DNA of 56,109 nt from a virus (Duplodnaviria > Caudoviricetes): positions 1-56,109 of IMG/VR virus record IMGVR_UViG_3300037420_000316. One strand, written 5' to 3'. Positions 36,465-45,421 of the stretch are shown here, in pieces. The position numbers were made by a program, and so were the translations under genes. Each line of letters opens with the position of its first letter. Position 1 is the stretch's first letter. The notes beneath the pieces are model-generated. The model ran no database searches. It was not told the DNA's origin and saw only the letters and a list, made by a program, of their open reading frames with translations.

Positions 36465-38072
36465 ATGGAGCAGACCTACGAGTGGAGCGAGATCGACCTC
36501 GCCCACCTTCGCGAACTGGAAGCCGCCAACGAGAGCCTTCCCGCCGACTCCCCCAGAGCACTTCTCTCAGTGCGTCTGTCGGTCTTCACAGACGACACTA
36601 CGTCGCCGGTCAGGCAGGAGCTGGACCTTCGCCGACTGGCCCTCGAGCGCGGTCACCGCGTGGTCGGAGTGGCGAGCGATCTCGGCGTCTCGGCGACCAA
36701 GGTGCCGCCGTGGAAGCGCAAGAGCCTCGGCGACTGGCTGAACAATCGGGTGCCCGAGTTCGACACGATCCTGTTCTGGAAGCTCGACCGCTTCATCCGC
36801 AATCTGACCGACCTGAACGTGATGATCCGGTGGGCCGAGACCTACCACAAGAACCTCGTCTCCAAGAACGACCCCATCGACCTGACGACCACGATGGGCA
36901 AGATCATGGTCACCTTCATCGGAGGCGTGGCCGAGATCGAGGCAGCCAACACGAAGCTCCGGGTCGAGTCCCTGTGGGCCTACGCCAAAGGGCAGGAGGA
37001 GTGGGTCGTCGGGAAGCCGCCGTACGGCTACACCACCACCACTGATGAGACCGGACGACGGACCCTGACCTTCAAGGAGGATGATGTCCGTGCTCTCAAC
37101 TTCGCCCGCGAGCGGCTGCTGGCCGGCGACTCCCTCACGGCCATCACGAAGGAGCTCAAGGAGCGCGGTCTCATGTCCGAGGGGCTTCAGGTCTCCACAC
37201 TGAAGCGTCGACTCTCCAACCCCGGACTGCTCGGCTACCGGGTCGAGGAGAACAAGAGCGACGGAGTGAACGACTTCCGTCGATCCAAGTTGGTCCTGAA
37301 CGATCAGGGCGACCCGATCCGAGTGGGGCCTGCGATCTTCGAGCGGGACGAGTGGGACGAGATCCAGAGGCAGCTCGCCAAGCGAGCCAAGGCCCAGCCG
37401 GGTCGCCCGGTGAACCAGCGAGCCACCAAGTTCCTCGGCGTGCTGAAGTGTGCCGACTGCGGCTCGAACATGACGGTGAAGCGGACGACGTACCCACCCA
37501 ACGAGAAGCGACGGAACACCCAGACGCTGGTCTACGAGCACCTGCGCTGCCAGACCTGCAAGAGCGGTGGCCTCGGTGCTCCCAACCCGCAGGCGGTCTA
37601 CGACGCGCTCGTGGCGATGGTGCTCGAGGTGATCGGGGACTTCCCCATCGAGTCCAGGGAGTACGCCCGTGGCGAGGAGATGCGCCAGCGCGTGACCGAG
37701 TTGCAGAACCGGATCGCGTACTACATGAAGGGCCTCGAGCCGGGAGGCCGGCTGACCAAGACGAAGTTCTCGGAGCAGCAGGCCGAGGCCGCGCTCGACG
37801 CGGCTATCGCGGAGCTCGAGGGCATTGACCCGGAGACGACGGAGGATCGCTGGATCTACGTCGACCAGGGCAAGACGTTCCGTGAGCATTGGGAGGAAGG
37901 CGGCATGGAGCAGATGCAAGAGGATCTCCTCCGGGCCGGCATCGAGTGCGTGGTGACGAGGACCAAGGTGCCCCGGCAGCGGTCGCCCAAGGTCGACCTG
38001 AAGCTGCGCATCCCGAAGGACGTGAGGCAGCGGCTCATCCGCAAGGCCGACGACTTCGAGAACCCCCTGTAA
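36465..38072 (+). CDS. Large serine integrase
   Basis: SVRLS..S.VRQ catalytic motif, DLGVSA, WKLDRFIR, GKPPYGY, LKCADCGS zinc ribbon. Confidence 0.95.
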   Translation: MEQTYEWSEIDLAHLRELEAANESLPADSPRALLSVRLSVFTDDTTSPVRQELDLRRLALERGHRVVGVASDLGVSATKVPPWKRKSLGDWLNNRVPEFDTILFWKLDRFIRNLTDLNVMIRWAETYHKNLVSKNDPIDLTTTMGKIMVTFIGGVAEIEAANTKLRVESLWAYAKGQEEWVVGKPPYGYTTTTDETGRRTLTFKEDDVRALNFARERLLAGDSLTAITKELKERGLMSEGLQVSTLKRRLSNPGLLGYRVEENKSDGVNDFRRSKLVLNDQGDPIRVGPAIFERDEWDEIQRQLAKRAKAQPGRPVNQRATKFLGVLKCADCGSNMTVKRTTYPPNEKRRNTQTLVYEHLRCQTCKSGGLGAPNPQAVYDALVAMVLEVIGDFPIESREYARGEEMRQRVTELQNRIAYYMKGLEPGGRLTKTKFSEQQAEAALDAAIAELEGIDPETTEDRWIYVDQGKTFREHWEEGGMEQMQEDLLRAGIECVVTRTKVPRQRSPKVDLKLRIPKDVRQRLIRKADDFENPL

Positions 38073-38073
38073 C

Positions 38074-38114
38074 GCGAGAAGGCCCCCGCTCCGAAGAGTG
38101 GGGGCCTTTCTCGT
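38074..38114. terminator. Bidirectional terminator between integrase and right arm
   Basis: GAGAAGGCCCCCGCTC-CGAA-GAGTGGGGGCCTTTCTC at the point of convergence. Confidence 0.8.
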
Positions 38115-38127
38115 GCTGCTAGTTGCG

Positions 38128-38331
38128 CTATCCGGGCGGTGTGACGCGGGTGTGTTGCGGACAGAACTGCTCGTCCTGACCAGTGCCGGGGGCGTCTCCG
38201 GTCCAACCATCAGGGAGTTGCGTCGCGCTGCCGACCAGCCGAGCGAGGCCGTGCAGTGTGTGGTCGAGCGCCCACTCCTCGCAGCCGGATTCGTCGTCGC
38301 ACATGACGACCGGGTAGGCGGCCGCGCTCAT
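38128..38331 (-). CDS. Hypothetical protein (Cys motifs)
   Basis: MSAAAYPVVMCD...FCPQH; TGATG coupling. Confidence 0.55.
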   Translation of the reverse strand: MSAAAYPVVMCDDESGCEEWALDHTLHGLARLVGSATQLPDGWTGDAPGTGQDEQFCPQHTRVTPPG

Positions 38332-38471
38332 CAGAGCGGCCTTCCCGCGTCGAGGGATCGGGGCCAGTCGTACATCGGGCAGTCCGTCCCGTGCTTGTAG
38401 TCGTGACACCCGACGCGCTCCATGCACACCTGATCGGCGGCAGCGTCTATCTCGGCGGTGTGCTCGGTCAT
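38331..38471 (-). CDS. Hypothetical protein
   Basis: MTEHTAEID...; coupled stop/start. Confidence 0.5.
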   Translation of the reverse strand: MTEHTAEIDAAADQVCMERVGCHDYKHGTDCPMYDWPRSLDAGRPL

Positions 38472-38550
38472 GCCGCCAGCAGGTCCGGCTCGTAAGGGGT
38501 CTCCGTGCCATCCTCCTCCACGATGACGATGGTGCATGTGATGTCGACGG

Positions 38551-38808
38551 TCACTGGATGCTCACCTCCACCGCACGCTTCACGATGGCACGGCGGGTGA
38601 CGGCGAGCTCCACGACCTCGAGTTCCCCCGTGCCGCTCCTGCCGTTGCGGACCAGTTCCTCGGCCTGTGCCACCGCCTGCTCGAAGTCGAGGACCATCTC
38701 TCCGTTGCCGTCGAAGACGCTCTGGATGACCTCCGTGTCCGGGTGGCGCGAAGACCAGTCTCCGACCGTCACGAAGGCGACGTATCCGCCCTTGCCCTGG
38801 TCGGTCAC
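38551..38808 (-). CDS. Hypothetical protein
   Basis: GGAGG RBS, GTGA overlaps. Confidence 0.6.
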   Translation of the reverse strand: MTDQGKGGYVAFVTVGDWSSRHPDTEVIQSVFDGNGEMVLDFEQAVAQAEELVRNGRSGTGELEVVELAVTRRAIVKRAVEVSIQ

Positions 38809-39239
38809 CAGCCCTCCTCCTCCATCCCTGCTTCCGTGCCGTCGAGGTAGCCGCTGCTGTAGCCGGCCTGGTAGCCGTTCTCCCAGCCGCGCTCGTACTC
38901 CTGCTCGGTGCGGCGCTCGCCCTCCTCGAGGCCGTACTGGTAGCCAGCGTCGTGGCCGGACTGGTAGCCCGACTCGCGGCCCTCATCGAGGCCCATGTCG
39001 TAGTCGGCCTTCAGGGCCTCCCCCAGCGTGCAGCCGTAGACGAACTCGTGCAGGGCCTCGAGCAGGGCGTCGGCCTGCTGGGTCGTGAGGCGTGTGCCGG
39101 CGTTGATCTTGCCGTCGTGGATCATCACGACCGAGATCGCGTCAGGGAAGCTGCTCTCGTAGACCCGCAGCGAGTGCAGCGGGGCCAGCGAGTCGGTCAG
39201 TGTCGGGTCCGGGGGGAACTCGTAGGTCTGTGTGGTCAT
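38805..39239 (-). CDS. Hypothetical protein with GYxxG repeats
   Basis: GGAGG RBS; GYQSGHDAGYQYG...GYQAGYSSGYLDG. Confidence 0.65.
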   Translation of the reverse strand: MTTQTYEFPPDPTLTDSLAPLHSLRVYESSFPDAISVVMIHDGKINAGTRLTTQQADALLEALHEFVYGCTLGEALKADYDMGLDEGRESGYQSGHDAGYQYGLEEGERRTEQEYERGWENGYQAGYSSGYLDGTEAGMEEEGW

Positions 39240-39256
39240 GCTAGGGGTCCTCCCTC

Positions 39257-39412
39257 TCAGTTGCCCACGCGGGCGAAGTTGATGATGGCTCGCAGCGGAG
39301 CCGAGACGGTCTCTGTGACTACCACCAGTCGCTCGAGGCTGGCGGCGATGCGGTTGAGGTTGACTGCGACAGAGTCCAGGTCGTACGCGACGGTCTCGAG
39401 CGAGTCCTTCAT
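39257..39412 (-). CDS. Hypothetical protein
   Basis: LNRIAASLERL helix; stop lies inside a 15-bp motif. Confidence 0.5.
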   Translation of the reverse strand: MKDSLETVAYDLDSVAVNLNRIAASLERLVVVTETVSAPLRAIINFARVGN

Positions 39413-39417
39413 TCGGG

Positions 39418-39684
39418 TCACGAGTTCATCACCGCCTCCCAGATGTCGGCGACGCCCGAGTTGTAGAACGTCATGGAGTCGCGCAGCTCCGGGTCGGTCG
39501 TGAGGAAGTCGGGGCAGTACGCACGCTGCACGCTGACCCAGAGCTCCATGCCGGGATCGCCGTAGCCGCACGTGTCGCAGCCGCCACCGCCCTCCCATGA
39601 CATGCCGTGGCTCACGATGTCGCCCTCCTGGATCTCCCAGCGGGGAAGCGCCGCGGTGACGAGCGCCTTCTCGAACTCGGTCAT
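39418..39684 (-). CDS. Hypothetical protein
   Basis: GGAGG RBS; GGGCDTCGYG motif. Confidence 0.65.
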   Translation of the reverse strand: MTEFEKALVTAALPRWEIQEGDIVSHGMSWEGGGGCDTCGYGDPGMELWVSVQRAYCPDFLTTDPELRDSMTFYNSGVADIWEAVMNS

Positions 39685-39935
39685 GCGCCCTCCTCGCTAC
39701 TCATCTCGCACATGCCGCCCCACTCGCCTTCGCAGTGGGCACGGTCCTCTGGATCACGGATGCCCGCGGCATCCCTCTTGCTGATGAACTCGACCTCGCC
39801 ACGTGTGTTCCTCGTGACGAACCAGTCGCGACCCTCGGCCTCGATCACGCGGCAGGCATAGGAGTCGCGTCCGAAGTAGCCGTTGGCGAAGCCGTGGATC
39901 GCAGACCCAACGTGCAGCGGCTTGGCGATGCTCAT
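39681..39935 (-). CDS. Hypothetical protein
   Basis: GFANGYFGRDSY..RVIEAEG.DWFV.R; ATGA overlaps. Confidence 0.65.
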   Translation of the reverse strand: MSIAKPLHVGSAIHGFANGYFGRDSYACRVIEAEGRDWFVTRNTRGEVEFISKRDAAGIRDPEDRAHCEGEWGGMCEMSSEEGA

Positions 39936-40186
39936 GCCGCCCCCTCCCCCGCCATGACCTCTCGGAGCCGCTCGCCGAAGCTGCGAGCGAGTGCCTGCTC
40001 AGCCCCCTGGAGGCTGGCACGGAGGTACTCTTCGCCTCCCTCGAGCAGCGTGTGAATGTCGATCACCGTGATGACGTGCGCGACCTCCACTCCCCCGACG
40101 ATCAGGGACGAGCGGTGCCTCTCGGTCCAGTCCTCGATCTTCGGAGACCAGCCCTCTCGTCGCGTCACGATCTGGATGAGGTTCAT
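39932..40186 (-). CDS. Hypothetical protein
   Basis: GGAGG RBS, ATGA overlaps. Confidence 0.55.
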   Translation of the reverse strand: MNLIQIVTRREGWSPKIEDWTERHRSSLIVGGVEVAHVITVIDIHTLLEGGEEYLRASLQGAEQALARSFGERLREVMAGEGAA

Positions 40187-41391
40187 GCCGCCTCCTCGAG
40201 CTGTCCGCCCTCGACCATGAACATGACCGAGGCCCAGCCAGCCGCAGGGTCGTCCAGGTGCTGCTTGAACGCCTCGTTGATCTCTGCCGGTGCGATCTTC
40301 GCCTTCACCGTGTCCTCCGGGGCCGGGTGCGGCGGGTCGATCTCGTAGAACCACTTGAACAGCCGGTCCAGCTCGGGTGCCTCGATGTGGCCGAGGTGGA
40401 AGTTCCGGTCCAGCCGGCCCGACCGAATCAGCGCCGGGTCGAGGTGCTCGATGTGGTTGGTCGTGCAGATCGTGACCAGACCCTCCGGGGTCTCGAACCC
40501 GTCCAGCGCGTTGAGCAGGCCGGACAAGCTGAGCTCACCGTCCTTCGCGGTGTTGTGGTCGCGGTCGTGGCTGATGCTGTAGGCGTCGATGTCCTCGATC
40601 ACCAACACCGTCCGCTTGCGGAGCTGGCTGACGGCCTGCCGCAACTCGCCGTCGCTCTTGATGTCGGTGAGCGACAGGCTGGCGAGCTGGAAGTTCAGCG
40701 TGCCGGCGATGGCGAGCGAGAGGGAGGTCTTGCCCGTGCCCGGAGGGCCGGACAGCAGGTACCCACGACGCCACGGCAGCTCGAGTCGCTTCAGGCGCTC
40801 CCGGCTCTCGGTGAACGCACGGAGGTCAGCCTCGATCTCGTCCTGGAGCTCCCGCGGCAGGAAGACCGTGCCGAACGAGCGAGCGTTGCGCTCCTGCCGG
40901 AAGTCCCACGAGCCGTCGTGCCACGAGAGGATGTTGGTCGTCGGCGTGAAGCTGAACGGGTCGAACTCGGGGGTGTCCTTCTCCTGCTCCGCGACCTTCT
41001 CATCGAGGTACTCGCGCATCGCGTCGAGCTCACGCTGCAACGGCGACCGGAACTCGATCTCGTCGCTGCGCTGCGCCCGAGCCTGGATCAGCCTCACCTT
41101 GCCGGGGATGCGAACCGGCACCCAGTCCGGCGAGTGGAAGTAGTCCGAGCGCGTCAGGTGCGCCTCGTCCTTCCGCCGCATCGTCGGCAACCACACCCGG
41201 AACTCGTTGATGGCCTCTGCCGCCGCGCAATGCAGGCTGTAGTTGTAGTCCTGGTCGATCTTAAGCTCGTGGCAGAACTTGTCGGCCAGCTTCGTGGCGG
41301 TCGTCTTGCTCGCCTCGTAGGCGGCATAGGCCGCAGCGACCTTCTTCGCGTTGGCCTTGTACTTCTTGTACATGTCCGAGACGTGCATCAT
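40183..41391 (-). CDS. AAA+ ATPase, BCS1-like
   Basis: PWRRGYLLSGPPGTGKTS, LVIEDID, LSLSGLLNALDG, TTNHIEHLDPALIRSGRLD. Confidence 0.88.
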   Translation of the reverse strand: MMHVSDMYKKYKANAKKVAAAYAAYEASKTTATKLADKFCHELKIDQDYNYSLHCAAAEAINEFRVWLPTMRRKDEAHLTRSDYFHSPDWVPVRIPGKVRLIQARAQRSDEIEFRSPLQRELDAMREYLDEKVAEQEKDTPEFDPFSFTPTTNILSWHDGSWDFRQERNARSFGTVFLPRELQDEIEADLRAFTESRERLKRLELPWRRGYLLSGPPGTGKTSLSLAIAGTLNFQLASLSLTDIKSDGELRQAVSQLRKRTVLVIEDIDAYSISHDRDHNTAKDGELSLSGLLNALDGFETPEGLVTICTTNHIEHLDPALIRSGRLDRNFHLGHIEAPELDRLFKWFYEIDPPHPAPEDTVKAKIAPAEINEAFKQHLDDPAAGWASVMFMVEGGQLEEAA

Positions 41392-41597
41392 GCTCCGTTC
41401 TGGTTGAAGTGGTGGACGGGCACCGCATGGCGCTTCCCGTAGCGGTTCTTGATGACCACGCCGTTGTCGATGACGATGTGCGCGACCTCGAGGCGTCGAC
41501 TGGCGTTGCCCTGCCGCGCTTCGTTCATGAGCCACCCCGGCACGAGGTAGAGCGTGTTGCCGTCCTCGAGCAGGACGAGCGTCTTCTCGTAGTCCAT
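41388..41597 (-). CDS. Hypothetical protein
   Basis: Translationally coupled between rtcB and the ATPase; VIKNRYG. Confidence 0.6.
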   Translation of the reverse strand: MDYEKTLVLLEDGNTLYLVPGWLMNEARQGNASRRLEVAHIVIDNGVVIKNRYGKRHAVPVHHFNQNGA

Positions 41598-42799
41598 CAG
41601 TCGCCCTTCACGTTCACGATCTGCGACAGCTCGTACTGGACCTCCACGAGCTCGGCGGCGTCGTCCATCACCACGTCGATGTCCTTGTAGGCGGCGGGGA
41701 TCTCGTCCACGAACGCATCGGTGTCGCGGTACTCGATGTCCCCCATCGCGGCACGCAGGTCCTCGACCGTGAACGCCTTGCGGGCAGCCGAGCGGCTGTA
41801 CTCCCGGCCAGCGCCGTGCGGAGCCGAGTTCAGCGCCAGGGCGTTGCCCTTGCCGGTGACGACGTACGAGCGGGTGCCCATCGAGCCGGGGATCAGGCCC
41901 CACTCGCCGGCCTTGGCCGAGATCGCACCCTTGCGGGACAGCCACACGTCCTGACCGAAGTGGTGCTCCTGCTCGGTGTAGTTGTGGTGGCAGTTGACCT
42001 CGTGGCTGATGCCGAGGTCGTCGCTGCCGATCCACTCCTTAAAGCAGTCCTCGACTCGCTCCATCATCTCTTCGCGGTTCAGGAGGGCGAACTCCTGTGC
42101 CCAGCGCAGCTCGCGGATGTAAGCCCAGAACTCGTCGGTGCCCTCGGGCAGGTAGGCGAGGTCGCGGTCGGGCAGGTCGATGAAGAACTTGTCCATGAGG
42201 CCCTGCGCCACCTTGATGTGGTGCTGCGCGATCTTGTTGCCCACGCCTCGGCTTCCCGAGTGCAGGAACAGCCAGAGGAAGCCCTCTTGGTCAGTTGAAA
42301 CTTCAACAAAGTGATTCCCCGAGCCCAGGGAGCCGAGCTGCAGCTCCCAGTTGCCGGCGTACTGGTCGGGGAAGAATCCGGCCTTCGCAGCCAGGCCGAA
42401 GAGGCGGTTCACCCGGTCCTCGGTGTTGAAGTTGTAGAAGGTGGTGTTGTACTTGCCGGCGCTCAGCGGGATGACCTTCTCGATGGCCTCGCGGAGCTCC
42501 TTGCGGTCGAGGCGGTCGACCTCCTCGAGCACGTAGCCGGTGCGCTTGGCGATCATGCCGCAGCCGATGTCCACGCCGACCGCAGCCGGGATGATCGCGC
42601 CCTTGGTCGGGATGACCGAGCCGACCGTCGCACCCTTGCCGAGGTGGGCGTCGGGCATGAGGGCGAGGTGCGGGTAGATGAACGGCATCGTGCTGGTCAT
42701 CTCGGCCTGCGTTCGGGTGTTCTCCTCGAGGATCGAGGCCCAGTTGATGACCTTGCCAGCGGGCTGACCGTGCTGGTTGTGAGCGATGATCTGCTCCAT
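41597..42799 (-). CDS. rtcB: RtcB RNA ligase
   Basis: MPDAHLGKG, VGVDIGCGM, LGSLGSGNHF, HSGSRG, HHNY, RKGA, IPGSMG, SAPHGAGR, DEIPAAYKDI, VKG. Confidence 0.95.
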   Translation of the reverse strand: MEQIIAHNQHGQPAGKVINWASILEENTRTQAEMTSTMPFIYPHLALMPDAHLGKGATVGSVIPTKGAIIPAAVGVDIGCGMIAKRTGYVLEEVDRLDRKELREAIEKVIPLSAGKYNTTFYNFNTEDRVNRLFGLAAKAGFFPDQYAGNWELQLGSLGSGNHFVEVSTDQEGFLWLFLHSGSRGVGNKIAQHHIKVAQGLMDKFFIDLPDRDLAYLPEGTDEFWAYIRELRWAQEFALLNREEMMERVEDCFKEWIGSDDLGISHEVNCHHNYTEQEHHFGQDVWLSRKGAISAKAGEWGLIPGSMGTRSYVVTGKGNALALNSAPHGAGREYSRSAARKAFTVEDLRAAMGDIEYRDTDAFVDEIPAAYKDIDVVMDDAAELVEVQYELSQIVNVKGD

Positions 42800-42817
42800 G
42801 TTGTGGTGGCCTTCCTC

Positions 42818-43006
42818 TCAGTTGTTCATGTACTCGTAGGCGGCGATGGCGAGCCTGAGCTGCGCCTCGTTGCCGGTGATGGTGAAGCGGCTCGACAGGA
42901 AGCCCTTCTCCTCCGTGAAGCGGACCCCGGCGTACCGCAGGGCAGTCCTCAGTCGGTGGCGCACCAGCGCCCCTGCGGTCCAGATGTGCGTCTGCTTGTC
43001 GCTCAC
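42818..43006 (-). CDS. Hypothetical protein
   Basis: GGAGG RBS; EEKGFLSSRFTITG. Confidence 0.6.
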   Translation of the reverse strand: MSDKQTHIWTAGALVRHRLRTALRYAGVRFTEEKGFLSSRFTITGNEAQLRLAIAAYEYMNN

Positions 43007-43485
43007 GCCGCCTCCTCTTCTCTCATCTGCCTAGCCCGTTCTTCGGCCTCGGCTCGTCGCTGCTCGATCTGCTTCTGGATGCGTTCGCTCATCGCGGCCT
43101 TGGTCTTGGCGGCGGCAGCGACGTACTTCTCTTTCTGCGTCTTGTGGAACTCGGCCGGCGACCCGTGGAAGAGCGGGAGCCACCACGTTCGGAACGTGTC
43201 CCCGCTTGCCGTGCTGTTCCAGAGACTCTCTGCCGCGCTCCTGGCGTCCCCCTCCGTGGAGTAGAAGCCGAGCGCGACCTTGATTGCCTCCGGGTCGGAG
43301 GGGGGCACTGACAGCCGCTCCTTGGTCGAGGCGAGCTGTCCCACCACCACGAAGGACGCCCTCTCTGCGACCAGTTCGCTCACAAGGCCGAGCACCGCAT
43401 CAACGGCGTGCTCGAGGCTCTCGTGGTCCGCATCCAGCACCGCGGCTACTCGCTCACGCTGCTTCTTGCCGAACTTCAGTGCCAC
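43003..43485 (-). CDS. Hypothetical protein
   Basis: GGAGG RBS and GTG 43485 just downstream of the 19-bp palindrome at 43509. Confidence 0.6.
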   Translation of the reverse strand: MALKFGKKQRERVAAVLDADHESLEHAVDAVLGLVSELVAERASFVVVGQLASTKERLSVPPSDPEAIKVALGFYSTEGDARSAAESLWNSTASGDTFRTWWLPLFHGSPAEFHKTQKEKYVAAAAKTKAAMSERIQKQIEQRRAEAEERARQMREEEAA

Positions 43486-43588
43486 CCCTCCGACTCTCCT
43501 TTCAGTCAGTGTTTCAAGCTGAAACACTTGGGATCGGTGGGGCAGGGGCCACCACTCCCCCACCCCACCGGGTCTCTCAGTTACCCAC

Positions 43589-44404
43589 TCAGACCGACGC
43601 GATGACCGTCAGGCCCTCGGCGGTCACCTCGAGCACGGTGCCGACCGGCAGAACCAGTGCGGGCTCATCGAGGTCGCCCTCGAGCAGCTCGCGCTCCCAG
43701 TCGGCCAGCGGCTCCTCGTCGGGGAACTCCACGACCTTCTCGAGGTTCTCGGGGAACGCGCCACAGGTGCCGATGCCGTTGTCCTCCCAGCGAACGAGGT
43801 GCTCGCGCTCGGTCGCGAAGAGTCGCACGATCACGCCCTCGGAGCCGGGGATGTTCTTGTGGGTCACCCGGTCGTTGACCTTGAGGCCGAACGGGCAGGG
43901 CGGCACCACCCTCACACCCTCGACCGGCCAGTAGAAGCCCCACAGGCCGAAGCCGTCCGGGCGGGAGGTCAGCGGCTTGAGCCAGACCTTGCCCTCGCGT
44001 CCGGTGTACGGGTCCTCCTCGACCACGGCCCGCAGGCCGGTGAAGTTCTGCCCGATCCCGGTGGGCGAGTGCGTGATCTCCACCGTCTCGCTGGCAGCCG
44101 GCATGGTGTGGAACTCGCCGAGGATCTCCGGGTTGACCAGTACTGCCGGGAGGTGGATGTTGCTGAAGCCGCGGTAGTCCTCGTCCTCGATCTGGTCGGC
44201 CTCGTAGGTGAAGGTCCCGCCGCGGACCTTGTAGATCGTGCAGTCGTCGGCCACGTAGTCGTTCTCGTACGCGTCGTGCTCGATGAGCGCCGCTCCGGTC
44301 GGGAGCGCCTGGAGCTCCTTCTCGTCGTGGATCGTGATGAAGGTGTTGATGTCCTGCTCGTTGATGGTGATGGTCACGGTGGTACCGCCTCTCTCTTGGG
44401 TCAT
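43589..44404 (-). CDS. Hypothetical multi-module protein
   Basis: 271-aa ORF, AAGGA RBS; ELQALPTGA and LKVNDRVTH modules. Confidence 0.7.
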   Translation of the reverse strand: MTQERGGTTVTITINEQDINTFITIHDEKELQALPTGAALIEHDAYENDYVADDCTIYKVRGGTFTYEADQIEDEDYRGFSNIHLPAVLVNPEILGEFHTMPAASETVEITHSPTGIGQNFTGLRAVVEEDPYTGREGKVWLKPLTSRPDGFGLWGFYWPVEGVRVVPPCPFGLKVNDRVTHKNIPGSEGVIVRLFATEREHLVRWEDNGIGTCGAFPENLEKVVEFPDEEPLADWERELLEGDLDEPALVLPVGTVLEVTAEGLTVIASV

Positions 44405-44447
44405 CCCGGTCGTTCCTTGCGATGTCTCTAAGTTACACCATAGGCTC

Positions 44448-44960
44448 TCAGTTTGCCACCTGAGCCGCCGACACCTTCTTCCGCCGCTTGATCTCGCGGT
44501 CGAGGTAGAACGCGGCCTTCTCGAGATCCTCGAGCGGCTTGCCCTTGTAGTCGCAGCGAGCCACGTACTTCACGACGTTGCCGAGGAAGTAGGGCAGGTT
44601 CCAGTCCTCGATGGCGTCGATCACCTCGATGGTGCCGAAGTTGTAGTGCGGCGGGTGGTTCACCATGTCCAGATCGTCGTCGCCGGACAGGATCTCGCGG
44701 AGCTTGGCGAGCGCCTCCTCAGAGAGGCGGGTGTCCTCCGCAGACAGGTCCTCCTCGATCACGTAGAGGTGCGTGTCGTCGTAGGACACGGCGTAGACGT
44801 TGAAGCCCATCCGCTCGGTGAAGTAGGTGTCGATCTCGCCGACCTCCACCTTCGCTCCGGTCGGGATGCAGTGGCTTGCGATCTCCACGTATTCGGCGGT
44901 CTTGTCGCCGATGACGAACGCCATCTGGCCGTCCTCGAACTTGCGGTCGGTCATGCTCAC
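44448..44960 (-). CDS. DUF3310 (T7 gp1.7 / SaV-like) domain protein
   Basis: DMVNHPPHY..IEVIDAI..GNVVKYVAR..KG..LEDLEKA.FYL. Confidence 0.82.
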   Translation of the reverse strand: MSMTDRKFEDGQMAFVIGDKTAEYVEIASHCIPTGAKVEVGEIDTYFTERMGFNVYAVSYDDTHLYVIEEDLSAEDTRLSEEALAKLREILSGDDDLDMVNHPPHYNFGTIEVIDAIEDWNLPYFLGNVVKYVARCDYKGKPLEDLEKAAFYLDREIKRRKKVSAAQVAN

Positions 44961-45421
44961 GCTGCCTCCTGCTGCTTGATGATGGAACCGCCGACCATCT
45001 CGAGGTGGGCCGGCTTAACGCAGAGCCGGTTGTCACACGTCTGTCGGATGCGTGCCCCCTTCGGGATCGCGCCGAAGGCGATCTCCCACGCGAAGCGGTG
45101 GGCGGTCGTGTTCACGCCGCGGTTCTTGCACTGGCCGTAGCCGGTGTTCAGGACCGTTCCCGTCCAGATCCAGCACCGTGCCGTCTTGTGGACGCGGTTG
45201 AGGAATCGCTCGTAGGAGGTGGCTCCGGGGGTGAGGGGGTGGCCGGCTCGGACGAGCTCGGACTTCGTGTACTGGCGGATGGGGCGGTCGGCGTCGAATG
45301 TGCCGTGAGTGACCATGCGGTCACGGTGTCCCGCGCAGAGCTCCTCTGCGATCCAGAACGTCACGGCACGACCACACCTCTCCCCCTTGCTGTTCTCGAC
45401 CCTGCACGTGGCAGTGGACAT
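44957..45421 (-). CDS. HNH-family protein, possibly catalytically degenerate
   Basis: CWIWTG..GYG..AHRFAWE..IRQTCDNRLCVKPAHL. Confidence 0.75.
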   Translation of the reverse strand: MSTATCRVENSKGERCGRAVTFWIAEELCAGHRDRMVTHGTFDADRPIRQYTKSELVRAGHPLTPGATSYERFLNRVHKTARCWIWTGTVLNTGYGQCKNRGVNTTAHRFAWEIAFGAIPKGARIRQTCDNRLCVKPAHLEMVGGSIIKQQEAA

